From: a virus
Taxonomy: Duplodnaviria > Caudoviricetes
DNA: 64,000 bases
IMG/VR virus record: IMGVR_UViG_3300032218_002424
Span: 45,064-109,063 of that record
Direction: 5' to 3' (one strand)
In this document: positions 32,009 through 41,426 of the stretch, piece by piece
Layout of the letters: each line of letters starts with the position of its first letter
How positions within the stretch are numbered: the first letter of the stretch is position 1
Position numbers and translations under genes: made by a program
The notes under the pieces: generated by a model
What the model was told of the DNA's origin: nothing
Seen by the model: the letters and a program-made list of their open reading frames with translations, nothing else
Databases searched by the model: none

Positions 32009-32033
32009 CATTTTAGTCGACTAAAAGTATAAT
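32005..32033 (+). promoter_or_regulatory. Consensus SigA promoter for the terminase operon, with a palindromic spacer
   Basis: TTGACA-N17-TATAAT; the spacer holds the perfect 16-bp palindrome TTTTAGTCGACTAAAA. Confidence 0.85.
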
Positions 32034-32040
32034 ATACTAT

Positions 32041-32577
32041 ATGAGTGAAATAGAATTAGCTGACCATTTTGATCGCATGAATAAGGTCATTACAGAGTCG
32101 CTAAAAGGTAGCAACCCAACTCAAATTGCATCTATAACTGGCATCAAAAGAGCAGAAGTCCTAGATCTTATTGAAGAGTGGAAGGGCGTTGTCAAAAACG
32201 ATTCCAGCATAAGAGATAGAGCCAAGGAAGCCTTAGTAGGTGCAGACGAACATTATAATATGCTTATTAAAGAGGCCTGGAGAACTGTAGAGCAGGCGGA
32301 TGTTCAAGATGCTCTTAATGTTAAATCTTCAACCTTAAAGCTTATTGCTGATATTGAAGCCAAAAGAATTGGCATGCTTCAAGCAGTAGGTGTTCTCGAA
32401 AATACAGAAATAGCAACTCAAATTGCTGAAACAGAACGCAAGCAAGAGATCCTCGTAAAAATATTAAAAGAGGTAACATCTTCATGCCCCAAGTGTAAGA
32501 TGGATGTAGCAAAAAGATTGTCACAAATTACTGGAGTAGTCGAGCCAGTTGTGATTGAGGAAGCTAGTGGAATTTGA
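32041..32577 (+). CDS. Terminase small subunit (probable)
   Basis: N-terminal HTH (PTQIASITGI), helical, directly upstream of terL. Confidence 0.6.
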   Translation: MSEIELADHFDRMNKVITESLKGSNPTQIASITGIKRAEVLDLIEEWKGVVKNDSSIRDRAKEALVGADEHYNMLIKEAWRTVEQADVQDALNVKSSTLKLIADIEAKRIGMLQAVGVLENTEIATQIAETERKQEILVKILKEVTSSCPKCKMDVAKRLSQITGVVEPVVIEEASGI

Positions 32578-34363
32578 TTTTAATGATCTTATTGATATGC
32601 TGGATGGCGAAGAGTTTGAAGAACGTCCAGTTGACCTACGTACATTTGTAACTAGCCCAGAGTATTTAGGTCTGCCACCACTTTCTGATCTTCAATATAC
32701 TCTTATTGAAAAATCTTCTCAAATTTATAAAGAATCAACATTGATTAAGTTATTTGGTGAAGAAGAGGGAAGACGTAGATTTAAACAAACTTGTAATGAA
32801 GTTATTGCTCAATTGGGTAAAGGTTCTGGCAAGGACTATTCTTCTACTATTTCTACAGCTTATATAGTTTATCTTTTGCTATGCTTAAAAGATCCAGCCA
32901 CATACTATGGCAAGCCTCCTGGGGATTCAATTGATATCCTTAACATTGCTATTAATGCTCAACAGGCAAACAATGTTTTCTTTAAGGGATTTAAAACTCG
33001 CATTGATAGGTCTCCTTGGTTTGCAGGGAAGTATGAATCAAAGGCTTCTGAAATGAAATTTGATAAAGCAATTACAGTTCACTCAGGTCACTCAGAAAGA
33101 GAAGCTTGGGAAGGTTATAACGTAATTATTGTTATCCTTGATGAAATTTCAGGTTTTGCTATTGAAAATACAACTGGTCACGATCAGGCTAAAACTGCTG
33201 ATGCTTTATACGATATGTATCGTGCATCGGTCATGTCTCGTTTCCCAGACTTTGGTAAAGTTATACTACTTTCTTTTCCAAGATTTAAAAATGATCCAAT
33301 TCAAAAGTTTTATGAGTCTGTAATTGGTGAAAAAGAAACTGTTGTAAGAAGTAAAGTTTTAAAGATGGATGACGATTTGCCAGATGGAACAGAAGGTAAT
33401 GAGATAACAGTAGAGTGGGAAGAAGATAATATTATTTCCTACCTGTATCCAAAAACATATGCTTTAAAGCGTCCAACATGGGAAGTTAATCCAACTAAAA
33501 AGATTGAAGATTTTAAGGTAGATTTTTATAAAAATATGCCAGATGCATTAGGTAGATTTGCTTGTATGCCATCAGATGCAGTTGATGCATTCTTTAAGTC
33601 TAGAGAAAAAGTTGAAGCAGCTTTTAGTAATTCTGGAATAGCGGTTGATCAATTTGGAAGACTTGAAACTTGGTTTAAGCCACAGGAAGATGTTGACTAT
33701 TATATCCACGTAGACCTTGCTCAAAAGCATGACCATTGTGCAGTATCTATGGCACATGTTAAAGACTGGGTTAATGTTAAAGTTACAAATGAATATTCTC
33801 AACCTGCTCCAGTTGTTGAAGTAGATTCTGTAATGTATTGGACCCCAACAGCAGATAAATCTGTTGACTTTACTGAAGTTAAAGATTATATTCTTTCTTT
33901 AAAGAGTGCTGGATTTAATATAAGGTTGTGTACATTTGACCGTTGGAATTCACACGATATGATGCAACAACTAAAACAATATAATATTAATACCGAGATC
34001 CTTTCTGTTGCAAAGAAACATTACGATGACTTTGCAATGGTGGTATTAGAAGAAAGAGTAAAGGGTCCACATATAAAGCTTTTAATTGATGAGTTGCTTC
34101 AATTAAGAATCATGAGGGATAAGGTAGATCACCCTAGAAAAGGATCTAAAGACCTTGCAGATGCTGTTTGTGGTTCAATCTACAATGCAATTGCAAAGTC
34201 TTTAATTCCTACGGATAGGGAGATTAAAGTTCATACTTATGAATCAATGAGTTACGAAGCAGACTTTGGGCCAAATAAAGAGGAATCATATAACCTAATT
34301 AAACCTCCAAAAAATATGCCAAATGATCTGCAAGATGCAATAGATAGGATGCTTATGCTATGA
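32567..34363 (+). CDS. terL: Terminase large subunit
   Basis: Walker A GKGSGKD, Walker B VILDE, RNase H-like HVDLA...D and KDLADAV; GTG start after GAGG. Confidence 0.9.
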   Translation: MEFDFNDLIDMLDGEEFEERPVDLRTFVTSPEYLGLPPLSDLQYTLIEKSSQIYKESTLIKLFGEEEGRRRFKQTCNEVIAQLGKGSGKDYSSTISTAYIVYLLLCLKDPATYYGKPPGDSIDILNIAINAQQANNVFFKGFKTRIDRSPWFAGKYESKASEMKFDKAITVHSGHSEREAWEGYNVIIVILDEISGFAIENTTGHDQAKTADALYDMYRASVMSRFPDFGKVILLSFPRFKNDPIQKFYESVIGEKETVVRSKVLKMDDDLPDGTEGNEITVEWEEDNIISYLYPKTYALKRPTWEVNPTKKIEDFKVDFYKNMPDALGRFACMPSDAVDAFFKSREKVEAAFSNSGIAVDQFGRLETWFKPQEDVDYYIHVDLAQKHDHCAVSMAHVKDWVNVKVTNEYSQPAPVVEVDSVMYWTPTADKSVDFTEVKDYILSLKSAGFNIRLCTFDRWNSHDMMQQLKQYNINTEILSVAKKHYDDFAMVVLEERVKGPHIKLLIDELLQLRIMRDKVDHPRKGSKDLADAVCGSIYNAIAKSLIPTDREIKVHTYESMSYEADFGPNKEESYNLIKPPKNMPNDLQDAIDRMLML

Positions 34364-34608
34364 ACCAATATCAGGAGAGAGCAAAAGAATGCAAGTGTTG
34401 TGGAAAGCATGTGCCAATGCCAACTGTTTTACGTGACTACAATGGCATAATGGTCTGCCCAACAACATATGCAAATGCAATAGAGTATACTAGGATATGG
34501 AAGCAAATTGGTTCCCGTCCTACAGGTAGTATCAGAAAACATTTTTCTGAATATGTTCAGCAACTTGTAGAAGATACTATTGACAAAAACAGTGACGGGC
34601 AACTATAA
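34360..34608 (+). CDS. Hypothetical protein
   Basis: ATGA overlap; CKCC motif. Confidence 0.6.
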   Translation: MNQYQERAKECKCCGKHVPMPTVLRDYNGIMVCPTTYANAIEYTRIWKQIGSRPTGSIRKHFSEYVQQLVEDTIDKNSDGQL

Positions 34609-34609
34609 T
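34580..34609 (+). promoter_or_regulatory. SigA promoter for tRNA(CAT)
   Basis: TTGACA-N18-TATAAT. Confidence 0.8.
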
Positions 34610-34618
34610 TAACCAACT

Positions 34619-34692
34619 GTGGTAGTAGCTTAGTTGGTTAAAGCCCCGAACTCATAATTCGGTAATCGTAGGTTCAAGTCCTACCTGCCGCA
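34619..34692 (+). tRNA. tRNA with CAT anticodon (elongator Met or lysidine-Ile2; not initiator)
   Basis: Cloverleaf with acceptor GTGGTAG/CTGCCGC, anticodon arm CCGAA-CTCATAA-TTCGG and T loop TTCAAGT. Lacks the three G-C pairs of an initiator. Confidence 0.9.
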
Positions 34693-34705
34693 CAAGGAGA
34701 AAGAG

Positions 34706-35020
34706 ATGGATGAAGAAATGTCAGAACTAGATCATTATATTGAGATAGGTGCTATAGAGGTAGTCGGTGTTGACGAAACTGGCGAGTTTATTCTTGGCAT
34801 TACAGAAAGAGCCAAAGATCTTGCTCCAGATTTGTGGGCAGCACATGTTGAGCATGTTGATGAGACTTTGTTAGGATTATATGAGGCTGGAATGCTTAAT
34901 GTAGACTATAACGAAGACCTAGAAGCAATCTTTACTTTGTCCGAAGAAGGTTTGCAAGTAGCCAAAGAGCACGGGCTTATGCCGCTTGAAATTAACGAAG
35001 AAGAAATACCAAATAATTAG
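34706..35020 (+). CDS. Acidic hypothetical protein
   Basis: AAGGAG RBS. Confidence 0.7.
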   Translation: MDEEMSELDHYIEIGAIEVVGVDETGEFILGITERAKDLAPDLWAAHVEHVDETLLGLYEAGMLNVDYNEDLEAIFTLSEEGLQVAKEHGLMPLEINEEEIPNN

Positions 35021-35025
35021 GAGAT

Positions 35026-35475
35026 ATGATGCAAGAATTAATTGATGCATTGCGATTAGTGCAAGCAAATGTAGTAGTAATGTATAGCAAGGCACACGGA
35101 TATCATTGGAATGTAGAAGGAATCTTGTTTAAGCAGTTCCATGCATTCTTTTTAGAAATCTACGAAGATGTATATGAATCTTTAGATACATTTTCAGAGC
35201 TTTTAAGAAAGTTTGGTCAGGTAGCACCATATAAGCTTGCAGACTGGATGAACAATTCAAATATGGCATACGAAGATGTGCCATACACAGCAATTCCTTT
35301 GCTTCAAAGTTTAGAAGCAACAAACCTAGTAATGCTTGCATCTTTAAAAGATGCATTTGATAAAGCTAATGCAATTGATGAGCAGGGTGCTGCAAACTTT
35401 ATTGCAGAAAGAATTGATCAACATCAATTCTGGGATTGGCAAATTAAGGCAAGTTTAAAGACTACCTTATCATAA
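35026..35475 (+). CDS. dps: Dps-family ferritin-like protein
   Basis: HWNVEG..F...H...EIYE...D.FSE ferroxidase signature. Confidence 0.9.
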   Translation: MMQELIDALRLVQANVVVMYSKAHGYHWNVEGILFKQFHAFFLEIYEDVYESLDTFSELLRKFGQVAPYKLADWMNNSNMAYEDVPYTAIPLLQSLEATNLVMLASLKDAFDKANAIDEQGAANFIAERIDQHQFWDWQIKASLKTTLS

Positions 35476-35587
35476 TTAAATAAGTAATATAATTATCCTG
35501 TAGGTGCTAACCCCCCTACGCATTCGGGTCGCTACCTTGGGATGATTGTGGTTACGTAAAGGCTAAGGAAACTTAGCCTTTACTTAT

Positions 35588-35660
35588 GCCTTCGTAGCTC
35601 AGGGGATAGAGCGAGACTCTTCTAAGGTCTGCGTCGCAGGTTCGATTCCTGCCGAGGGCA
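35588..35660 (+). tRNA. tRNA-Arg(TCT)
   Basis: GCCTTCG/CGAGGGC acceptor; AGACT-CTTCTAA-GGTCT. Confidence 0.93.
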
Positions 35661-35704
35661 CAAAATGCTATAATAATAATGTAAGCCAGAAAAGGAGAAT
35701 ATAA

Positions 35705-36214
35705 ATGGCAGAAGATACAAGAAATCCAAATGCAGTAAAAGTTTTAGCTGCAGCAAAAAAGTTTGTAGATCAAGGTTACAGAGAAGGCGAAAACAATGAC
35801 ACAATTATGGGTAAGTGGTTTGGATTAAATCATCAACCATGGTGTGCAATGTTTGTCTCATACTGTTTCAATGAAGCGGGATTAGTCAACCTTGTTGCAG
35901 CACAGGGACCAAAGGGATTTGCATCATGCAACGCTGGTGTAAAATGGTTTGGAAAGAACGGACAACTTGTTCCAGTCGGACAAGCACAACCAGGAGATAT
36001 CGTATTTTTTAATTTTGATGCAGATGCAACAACAGCAGAGCACGTAGGAATTGTTTACGCTAATGATCCAGCAAAGCATGTACTAACAACTTTTGAGGGA
36101 AATACTAGCGGAGATGTTAAGGGATCACAAGCAAATGGCGACGGTGCCTTCAAGAAGTCTCGTAACTACGGTTTAGTTATGGCAATTGCTCGTCCAAAGT
36201 GGCCAACTAAGTAA
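35705..36214 (+). CDS. CHAP-domain endolysin/amidase
   Basis: PWCAMFVS, PGDIVFF, HVGIV, EGNT. Confidence 0.88.
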   Translation: MAEDTRNPNAVKVLAAAKKFVDQGYREGENNDTIMGKWFGLNHQPWCAMFVSYCFNEAGLVNLVAAQGPKGFASCNAGVKWFGKNGQLVPVGQAQPGDIVFFNFDADATTAEHVGIVYANDPAKHVLTTFEGNTSGDVKGSQANGDGAFKKSRNYGLVMAIARPKWPTK

Positions 36215-36759
36215 TGAAAAAAGGAATTGTATTTACTTTCTTTATTTTATTAATTGCAGCAGGTGCTTCAGCATCAGCAGCTACTAAGCCAGCAGCAACA
36301 CTTGATTGGGTTGTTCAAAATAATGCTGTTACTCCAGGAGTTTTAAATGCTTCTGTAACTCAAGCAAATATCTCAACAACTGTTTGTAAGTCTGGATGGA
36401 CAGCAACAATTCGTCCAACAGTTACATACACAAACAAGTTAAAAGATACTCAGCTAAAGACAACTTATGCGGCATACACAAAAATGTGGGGACCATCAGC
36501 ATCGGGATACGAAGAAGATCACCTAATTTCTTTGCAACTTGGAGGCAATCCTTCAGACCCAAAGAATTTGTGGCCTCAGCCATATGCTGGAAACGGTGCA
36601 CGTAAAAAGGATGTTGTAGAAACAGCACTTAAGCGTTTAGTATGTGCGGGAACAATTAAATTGGCTGATGCTCAAAAAGCTATTTTAGATTGGCCTTCAG
36701 CATATAAGAAGTATGTAACTGCAGCAGATTCAAAGGCTCCAGACACTTCCGATAACTAA
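36214..36759 (+). CDS. Secreted HNH-like nuclease-domain protein
   Basis: Signal peptide; EEDHLISLQLGG...NLWPQ motif. Confidence 0.65.
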   Translation: MKKGIVFTFFILLIAAGASASAATKPAATLDWVVQNNAVTPGVLNASVTQANISTTVCKSGWTATIRPTVTYTNKLKDTQLKTTYAAYTKMWGPSASGYEEDHLISLQLGGNPSDPKNLWPQPYAGNGARKKDVVETALKRLVCAGTIKLADAQKAILDWPSAYKKYVTAADSKAPDTSDN

Positions 36760-36780
36760 AAGTAAATGCTATAATATATA

Positions 36781-36840
36781 GGTACCTGCCTTCGGGGGGT
36801 ACCTATATTACTTATTCGCTTAAAAAGGAGGAATAAAATG
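36781..36840 (+). promoter_or_regulatory. ROSE-like RNA thermometer in the hsp20 5' UTR
   Basis: cUUCGg hairpin, then UUAUUC(G)CUU pairing with GAGGAAUAA over the SD; TGCTATAAT at 36767-36775. Confidence 0.6.
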
Positions 36841-37266
36841 GTAACACAATTTACTATGGATCTTTTTAATGATCCTTTTTTCATCGGGTTTAATCGTGAC
36901 TTTGACAAGTTGTCAAGAATTCACACCCATGCTACAGGAAATAACTATCCACCATACAATGTAATCAAAACTGACGACGAAGATCTATTCTACGTTGAAG
37001 TTGCAGTTGCTGGATTCTCAAAAGAAGACCTTGAAGTAACTGCTCATGAGCAGGTTCTTACTGTTAAGGGAGAAATCAAGTCTTCTGATGACGAGGAACC
37101 AAAGTATGCTTATCGTGGTATTGCTGCAAGAAAGTTTACTCGTGAATTTGCCCTTGGTGAATTTGTTGAGGTAACTGCTGCAACAGTTGAAAACGGAATG
37201 TTGAAGATCACCTTGGAACGTATTGTCCCAGAAGACAAGAAGCCAAAAACAATTAAGATCAAGTAA
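36838..37266 (+). CDS. Small heat-shock protein (Hsp20/IbpA family)
   Basis: YPPYNV, AVAGF, RGIAARKF.R.F.L, NGML.I. Confidence 0.93.
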   Translation: MVTQFTMDLFNDPFFIGFNRDFDKLSRIHTHATGNNYPPYNVIKTDDEDLFYVEVAVAGFSKEDLEVTAHEQVLTVKGEIKSSDDEEPKYAYRGIAARKFTREFALGEFVEVTAATVENGMLKITLERIVPEDKKPKTIKIK

Positions 37267-37271
37267 CATTA

Positions 37272-37304
37272 AGGACCTGAGCATGTCCTATCATAAACTG
37301 CTCA
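37272..37304 (+). ncRNA. Repeated H-type pseudoknot, copy 1
   Basis: AGGAC-CTGAGCAT-GTCCT-ATCATAAAC-TGCTCA. Confidence 0.7.
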
Positions 37305-37323
37305 TTTTAACAGAAAGCTTATA

Positions 37324-37506
37324 ATGCCAGTATACGAATATAAGTGCATGAATTGCAACAGCAATGTAGAAGTTACAAGAGGATTTAATGATCCAGATGT
37401 TGCACCAATTTGCACAAATTGTCAAGGAACGATGCAAAGGCATTATGGTTCTGTTGGTGTTCAGTTTAAAGGTTCAGGGTTCTACAAAACAGACAATCCA
37501 AAATAA
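37324..37506 (+). CDS. FmdB-family zinc-ribbon protein
   Basis: MPVYEYKC..C...C..C...FKGSGFYKTD. Confidence 0.88.
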   Translation: MPVYEYKCMNCNSNVEVTRGFNDPDVAPICTNCQGTMQRHYGSVGVQFKGSGFYKTDNPK

Positions 37507-37563
37507 TGTAATGGTATAATTATAATACGAACACAATAACGTGTTTCGTGTAGGAGAGTCTAG

Positions 37564-40419
37564 TTGACCAGAAAGTTAAAACTTTTGCTTGCCAGCCTGT
37601 TTGTTATGGGTTGGCTTTTTCTATTTCAGGTTAAATCTGCTCATGCTGATGAAGTCACAATTCAAGTAACTCCAGCTGATCCAAATATATCAGATACATC
37701 AACAGTAACCTCTCAAATAACAGTTCAGTCTATTGAAACAAAAATAACTGATTCTCAAAATACTTTAAACTCTGCAGCACAGACTCAAAGTACTGCTATC
37801 ATTCAAACAATTCAAGCAAATTTTTCTAATACAGATACATCAACCGCTATATCAATTGCAACTACTCAAGAACCAATTAAAACAGCAGTGGCAGAAGCAT
37901 CGGTAAAAGTTGAAGCTGCAAACAATGCAATTCAAGCAGCACAATCTGCAGTTCAGATTGCAGTATCTGCACAAACAAATGTTGAAACTCAAACTGCAGT
38001 AGTAACGCAAGCCGTTACTAACTTAGAAACAGCAACAGCAACTGTTGTTTCAACTCAAAATACATTAAAAACAACACAGGAAGCACAACCTGCTTTAGAT
38101 GCAACAGCTTCTTGCACACAAGGATCACATTGCGTTGATTTTTATAATAAAAACGCTGAGCTAGGGCCTTTACATGACCAGATTGCTCCTACACAGGCAG
38201 CAGCTGATGCCGCAGTTGCTGCAGTTCCAGTTGCTCAAACAGCTGTAGAAGTTGCTACTACAAATGTTACAAACCAACAAACAGCAGTTGCTGAAGCAAC
38301 AACCGCATCAATCGCAGCAAAAGCAGCAGCAGAGGATTCTGCTGTAACTGTTACAACTAATGGAGTTAAAGCATCTGCCTATACGTATAACGGTGGGGCA
38401 GCCCCCGCAATTCCTACTGCAAATGTAACCCCTGTTTTAACAACAACCGTTCCATACATTTCTGCAAACTGGGGTAGCGGTGTTGTTTTAGGTGTTCGTA
38501 GCGATAGAGTTATAATTAAATACGAAGGTACTATTACTGTTCCAGAAGAAGCAGTTGCAGTTAAGTATGCTGTTTACTCAGATGACGGTTCAAAGCTATA
38601 CATAGATGGTCAACTTGCTATTAATAACTGGAGAGACCAAGGCTCTACATGGAGCCAGTTCTCCCCTATTTATGACACTACTGTAGATAAACAACAAGAC
38701 TTTATTCTTTGGTATTACGAAAATGGTGGTGGGGCTAACGTCACACTTGGTTGGGGTATAACCAGAGCAGACGGAACTGGTTATTGGACTAACCCAATGA
38801 ACACAGCTTTTGCAACCACAGTGGTTACTAAAGACCCTGTATTGGTTGCTGCTGCTAATACCGCATCTGCTACTTTTGTAGCAGCTAACCAACAGTTAAC
38901 AAACGCTCAAACTACTCTTGCTGCAGCTAATCAAACTCTTACATCCGCACAGGCAGCGGTACCAGTAAAAACTCAAGCTGCTGCAGATGCACAAGCTGCA
39001 TATGATACAAAACTTGCTGAAAGAAATGCTGCTTATGAAGCATGGCAAAATGCTATTAATGCTGCAAATTCTGGAGTAGCAGCAATTGCTCAAGCACAAT
39101 CTGCTTATGATCAAGCACAAATAGATTTAATAACTGCTCAGACAAATCTAACAACACAACAACAAAATTTAATAAATGCTCAAACAAATTTAACAGTTGC
39201 AATTCAAACTGCAGATTCTCTTGCAAATACAACAACAACAAAAGTAAATGAAGCAGTAACTGCCATGACAAATGCTGCTCAAGTTACAACAAATTATTAT
39301 GCAGAGCAACAAAGAATTGCTGCAGAAAATGCTCGTATTGCAGCAGAACAAACAGCATTGCAAGCTGCACAAGAAAGAGCTGCTGCAGTAGAACGTGCAA
39401 GAATAGCAGAAGCAATCGCTGCTAAAGCAGAAGCAAACAGAATTGCTGCAGAACAGGCTATAGTAGATGCAAAGGCTGCACAAGAAAAAGCAGCAGCAGA
39501 AGCAAAGGCTGCTGAAGATGCAAGAATTAAAGCAGAACAAGATGCTAAAGAAGCACAAGCAGCAGCAGATAAAGCTAAAGCAGAAGCCGAAATTCAAGCA
39601 GCAAAAGATGCTCAAACAAAAGCAGATGCAGAAAAAGCAGCAGCGGATGCTGCAAAAGCGGAGGCGGATGCAAAAGCAAAAGCAGAACAAGATGCTGCAT
39701 TAGCAGAACAAAAAGCTAAAGACGAAGCTGCAAAGGCTGCACAAGAGGCTGCAAATGCAAAAGCAGAAGCAGATAAACAAAAAGCAGAAGCAGATAAAAT
39801 AGCTGCTGATCAAGCAGCAAAAGAGCAAGCAGCAAAGGATGCAAAAGCACAAGCAGATGCTGTAATTCAAGCACAAAAAGATGCACAAGCAAAAGCTGAT
39901 GCACAAAAAGCAGCGGAAGATAAAGCTAAACAAGATGCTATTGGTGTAAAACCAAATAATCCAAGTCAGCTTTCAGACACAGTTATTAAAGAAGCTCCTA
40001 AAGAAGTTTTAGTTCCGCACATTCAGCAAGATGTTAAGGGTGTAGAAAATGGTGGCATTGAATTTTTTGGAACAAAATCAGCACCTCAAGTAGTTGGAGA
40101 AGATGGAAAATTAACACCACAAGCACCACCACCAGGATCTGGTTTGCCAATTCCACCAGAAGCAATAACAACTCAAGATACATTTATAGGACAACCAGGA
40201 GGAACAACATTTAATGCACCAGATATTGCTGTTCCAGTAATTCTTACACCACTTACTGGTGCCATCGCTTCTGTTCCAGGAGCTGAGGCGGTAAATAAAG
40301 CATTCGTAGCTATGGCTAATATTGGAAATGATATGTCACCAGTTACGAGAAAGAAAGCTAAAAAAATATTGGTACTGACCGTAGCAGTTGCTGCCATAAG
40401 AAGGAGGTTCGGACAATGA
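37564..40419 (+). CDS. Exported coiled-coil protein with PA14 domain, A/K/E-rich stalk and Pro-rich C-terminus
   Basis: Signal peptide; PA14 motifs SDDGSKLYIDG, INNW, WYYENGGGA; hydrophobic plus RRR tail. Confidence 0.75.
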   Translation: MTRKLKLLLASLFVMGWLFLFQVKSAHADEVTIQVTPADPNISDTSTVTSQITVQSIETKITDSQNTLNSAAQTQSTAIIQTIQANFSNTDTSTAISIATTQEPIKTAVAEASVKVEAANNAIQAAQSAVQIAVSAQTNVETQTAVVTQAVTNLETATATVVSTQNTLKTTQEAQPALDATASCTQGSHCVDFYNKNAELGPLHDQIAPTQAAADAAVAAVPVAQTAVEVATTNVTNQQTAVAEATTASIAAKAAAEDSAVTVTTNGVKASAYTYNGGAAPAIPTANVTPVLTTTVPYISANWGSGVVLGVRSDRVIIKYEGTITVPEEAVAVKYAVYSDDGSKLYIDGQLAINNWRDQGSTWSQFSPIYDTTVDKQQDFILWYYENGGGANVTLGWGITRADGTGYWTNPMNTAFATTVVTKDPVLVAAANTASATFVAANQQLTNAQTTLAAANQTLTSAQAAVPVKTQAAADAQAAYDTKLAERNAAYEAWQNAINAANSGVAAIAQAQSAYDQAQIDLITAQTNLTTQQQNLINAQTNLTVAIQTADSLANTTTTKVNEAVTAMTNAAQVTTNYYAEQQRIAAENARIAAEQTALQAAQERAAAVERARIAEAIAAKAEANRIAAEQAIVDAKAAQEKAAAEAKAAEDARIKAEQDAKEAQAAADKAKAEAEIQAAKDAQTKADAEKAAADAAKAEADAKAKAEQDAALAEQKAKDEAAKAAQEAANAKAEADKQKAEADKIAADQAAKEQAAKDAKAQADAVIQAQKDAQAKADAQKAAEDKAKQDAIGVKPNNPSQLSDTVIKEAPKEVLVPHIQQDVKGVENGGIEFFGTKSAPQVVGEDGKLTPQAPPPGSGLPIPPEAITTQDTFIGQPGGTTFNAPDIAVPVILTPLTGAIASVPGAEAVNKAFVAMANIGNDMSPVTRKKAKKILVLTVAVAAIRRRFGQ

Positions 40420-40601
40420 AGCAATTCTTTAAAGATATATCAGCAGATTTCTTTAGCGAAATCTGGACATTTGTTGGATTATTTTCAGCATGGTTGGTTC
40501 TAACTGGATCTGCCAAAACAGTAATCGGACAAGTAACATTAATCTCATTTGTATTATGGATAATCACTTTGAGATTGAGAAACCCAAAAGAAAAGGAATA
40601 G
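40416..40601 (+). CDS. Small 2-TM membrane protein
   Basis: Two hydrophobic segments; GGAGG RBS. Confidence 0.65.
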   Translation: MKQFFKDISADFFSEIWTFVGLFSAWLVLTGSAKTVIGQVTLISFVLWIITLRLRNPKEKE

Positions 40602-40605
40602 TAAA

Positions 40606-40896
40606 ATGGCAAAAAAGACAGTAGAAGACCCAACACAAGTTGGAAGCGGAGCAATTGCAAGCATTAACAATATTCTTGCTAGAATTGTAGCCGTATTTGC
40701 AGCATCAGGACTCTCAGTAATTGGAGCAGGAGCTGTAGTAGGAATTAGCACAATTAAAGCAGTCGTTTTGGCTGGAACTTTAGGAGTAGCAACAGTAGTT
40801 GAGAAGCTTGCTCGTGGTTTCCTAGATGACGGAAAGCTTACAATTGATGAGATTAATTCAGCATTCTCAGCAGTTGATAAGAAAGCAGAAAAGTAG
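40606..40896 (+). CDS. Membrane protein (holin-like candidate)
   Basis: Two TM segments; DDGKLT.DE C-terminus. Confidence 0.55.
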   Translation: MAKKTVEDPTQVGSGAIASINNILARIVAVFAASGLSVIGAGAVVGISTIKAVVLAGTLGVATVVEKLARGFLDDGKLTIDEINSAFSAVDKKAEK

Positions 40897-40928
40897 TATA
40901 ATATATTCATACTCCAAGGGGGTGCTAA

Positions 40929-41183
40929 ATGGATAACATTTGGAAGGGTCAACTAGACCCAAATATGGTCAAAAGAAATTTTGACACGGCACAACGCCGT
41001 CATATGGCCAGTACTGGTGCAGCAATGCCAGATGGCTCTTACCCTATTGCAAATTGCAAAGATGTACAAAATGCAGTAGCATCATGGGGAAGAGGCGGAT
41101 CAGATCCAAAAGTAAAAGAACATATCAAATCTCGTGCCAAAACCCTTGGTTGCGAATCAAACATTCCAGATTCCTGGAAATAA
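40929..41183 (+). CDS. Small conserved phage domain protein (PDGSYPI...RAK.LG)
   Basis: Recognisable motif that recurs in phage proteins; own -10 element upstream. Confidence 0.55.
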   Translation: MDNIWKGQLDPNMVKRNFDTAQRRHMASTGAAMPDGSYPIANCKDVQNAVASWGRGGSDPKVKEHIKSRAKTLGCESNIPDSWK

Positions 41184-41197
41184 TTACCCTACAAGCA

Positions 41198-41241
41198 TTG
41201 ACAGGGCCTTATACTAAACGATATAATTAGTATAGGGCCTT
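41198..41241 (+). promoter_or_regulatory. SigA promoter overlapping a hairpin, upstream of tRNA-Asn/Leu
   Basis: TTGACA-N18-TATAAT inside the inverted repeat AGGGCCTTATACTAA/TTAGTATAGGGCCTT. Confidence 0.75.
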
Positions 41242-41252
41242 GGGTGTTTTAT

Positions 41253-41324
41253 TGATCCATAGCTCAATGGCAGAGCTCTCGACTGTTAATCGAGTGGTTC
41301 CTGGTTCGAGTCCAGGTGGATCAG
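41253..41324 (+). tRNA. tRNA-Asn(GTT)
   Basis: TGATCCA/TGGATCA; CTCGA-CTGTTAA-TCGAG. Confidence 0.93.
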
Positions 41325-41329
41325 CGTAT

Positions 41330-41411
41330 GCCCGAATGGTGGAATCGGTATACACGGCAGACTTAAAATTTGCTGCTTCACAGCTTGTCGGTTCGAGTCC
41401 GACTTCGGGTA
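41330..41411 (+). tRNA. tRNA-Leu(TAA)
   Basis: GCCCGAA/TTCGGGT; GCAGA-CTTAAAA-TTTGC; long variable arm. Confidence 0.93.
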
Positions 41412-41426
41412 CAAAGGAAAACACAA

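Noticed and set aside
35500-35555. HDV-like (theta) ribozyme next to tRNA-Arg
   Set aside because: The stem order can be forced, but there is no P1.1 or catalytic C in J4/2, and it lies 5' of the tRNA.
37272-37304. Pseudoknot as a hammerhead, pistol or HDV-like ribozyme
   Set aside because: CUGA...AAAC is superficially similar, but the CUGANGA/GAAA three-stem core, the pistol P2/P3 and the HDV nested core are absent.
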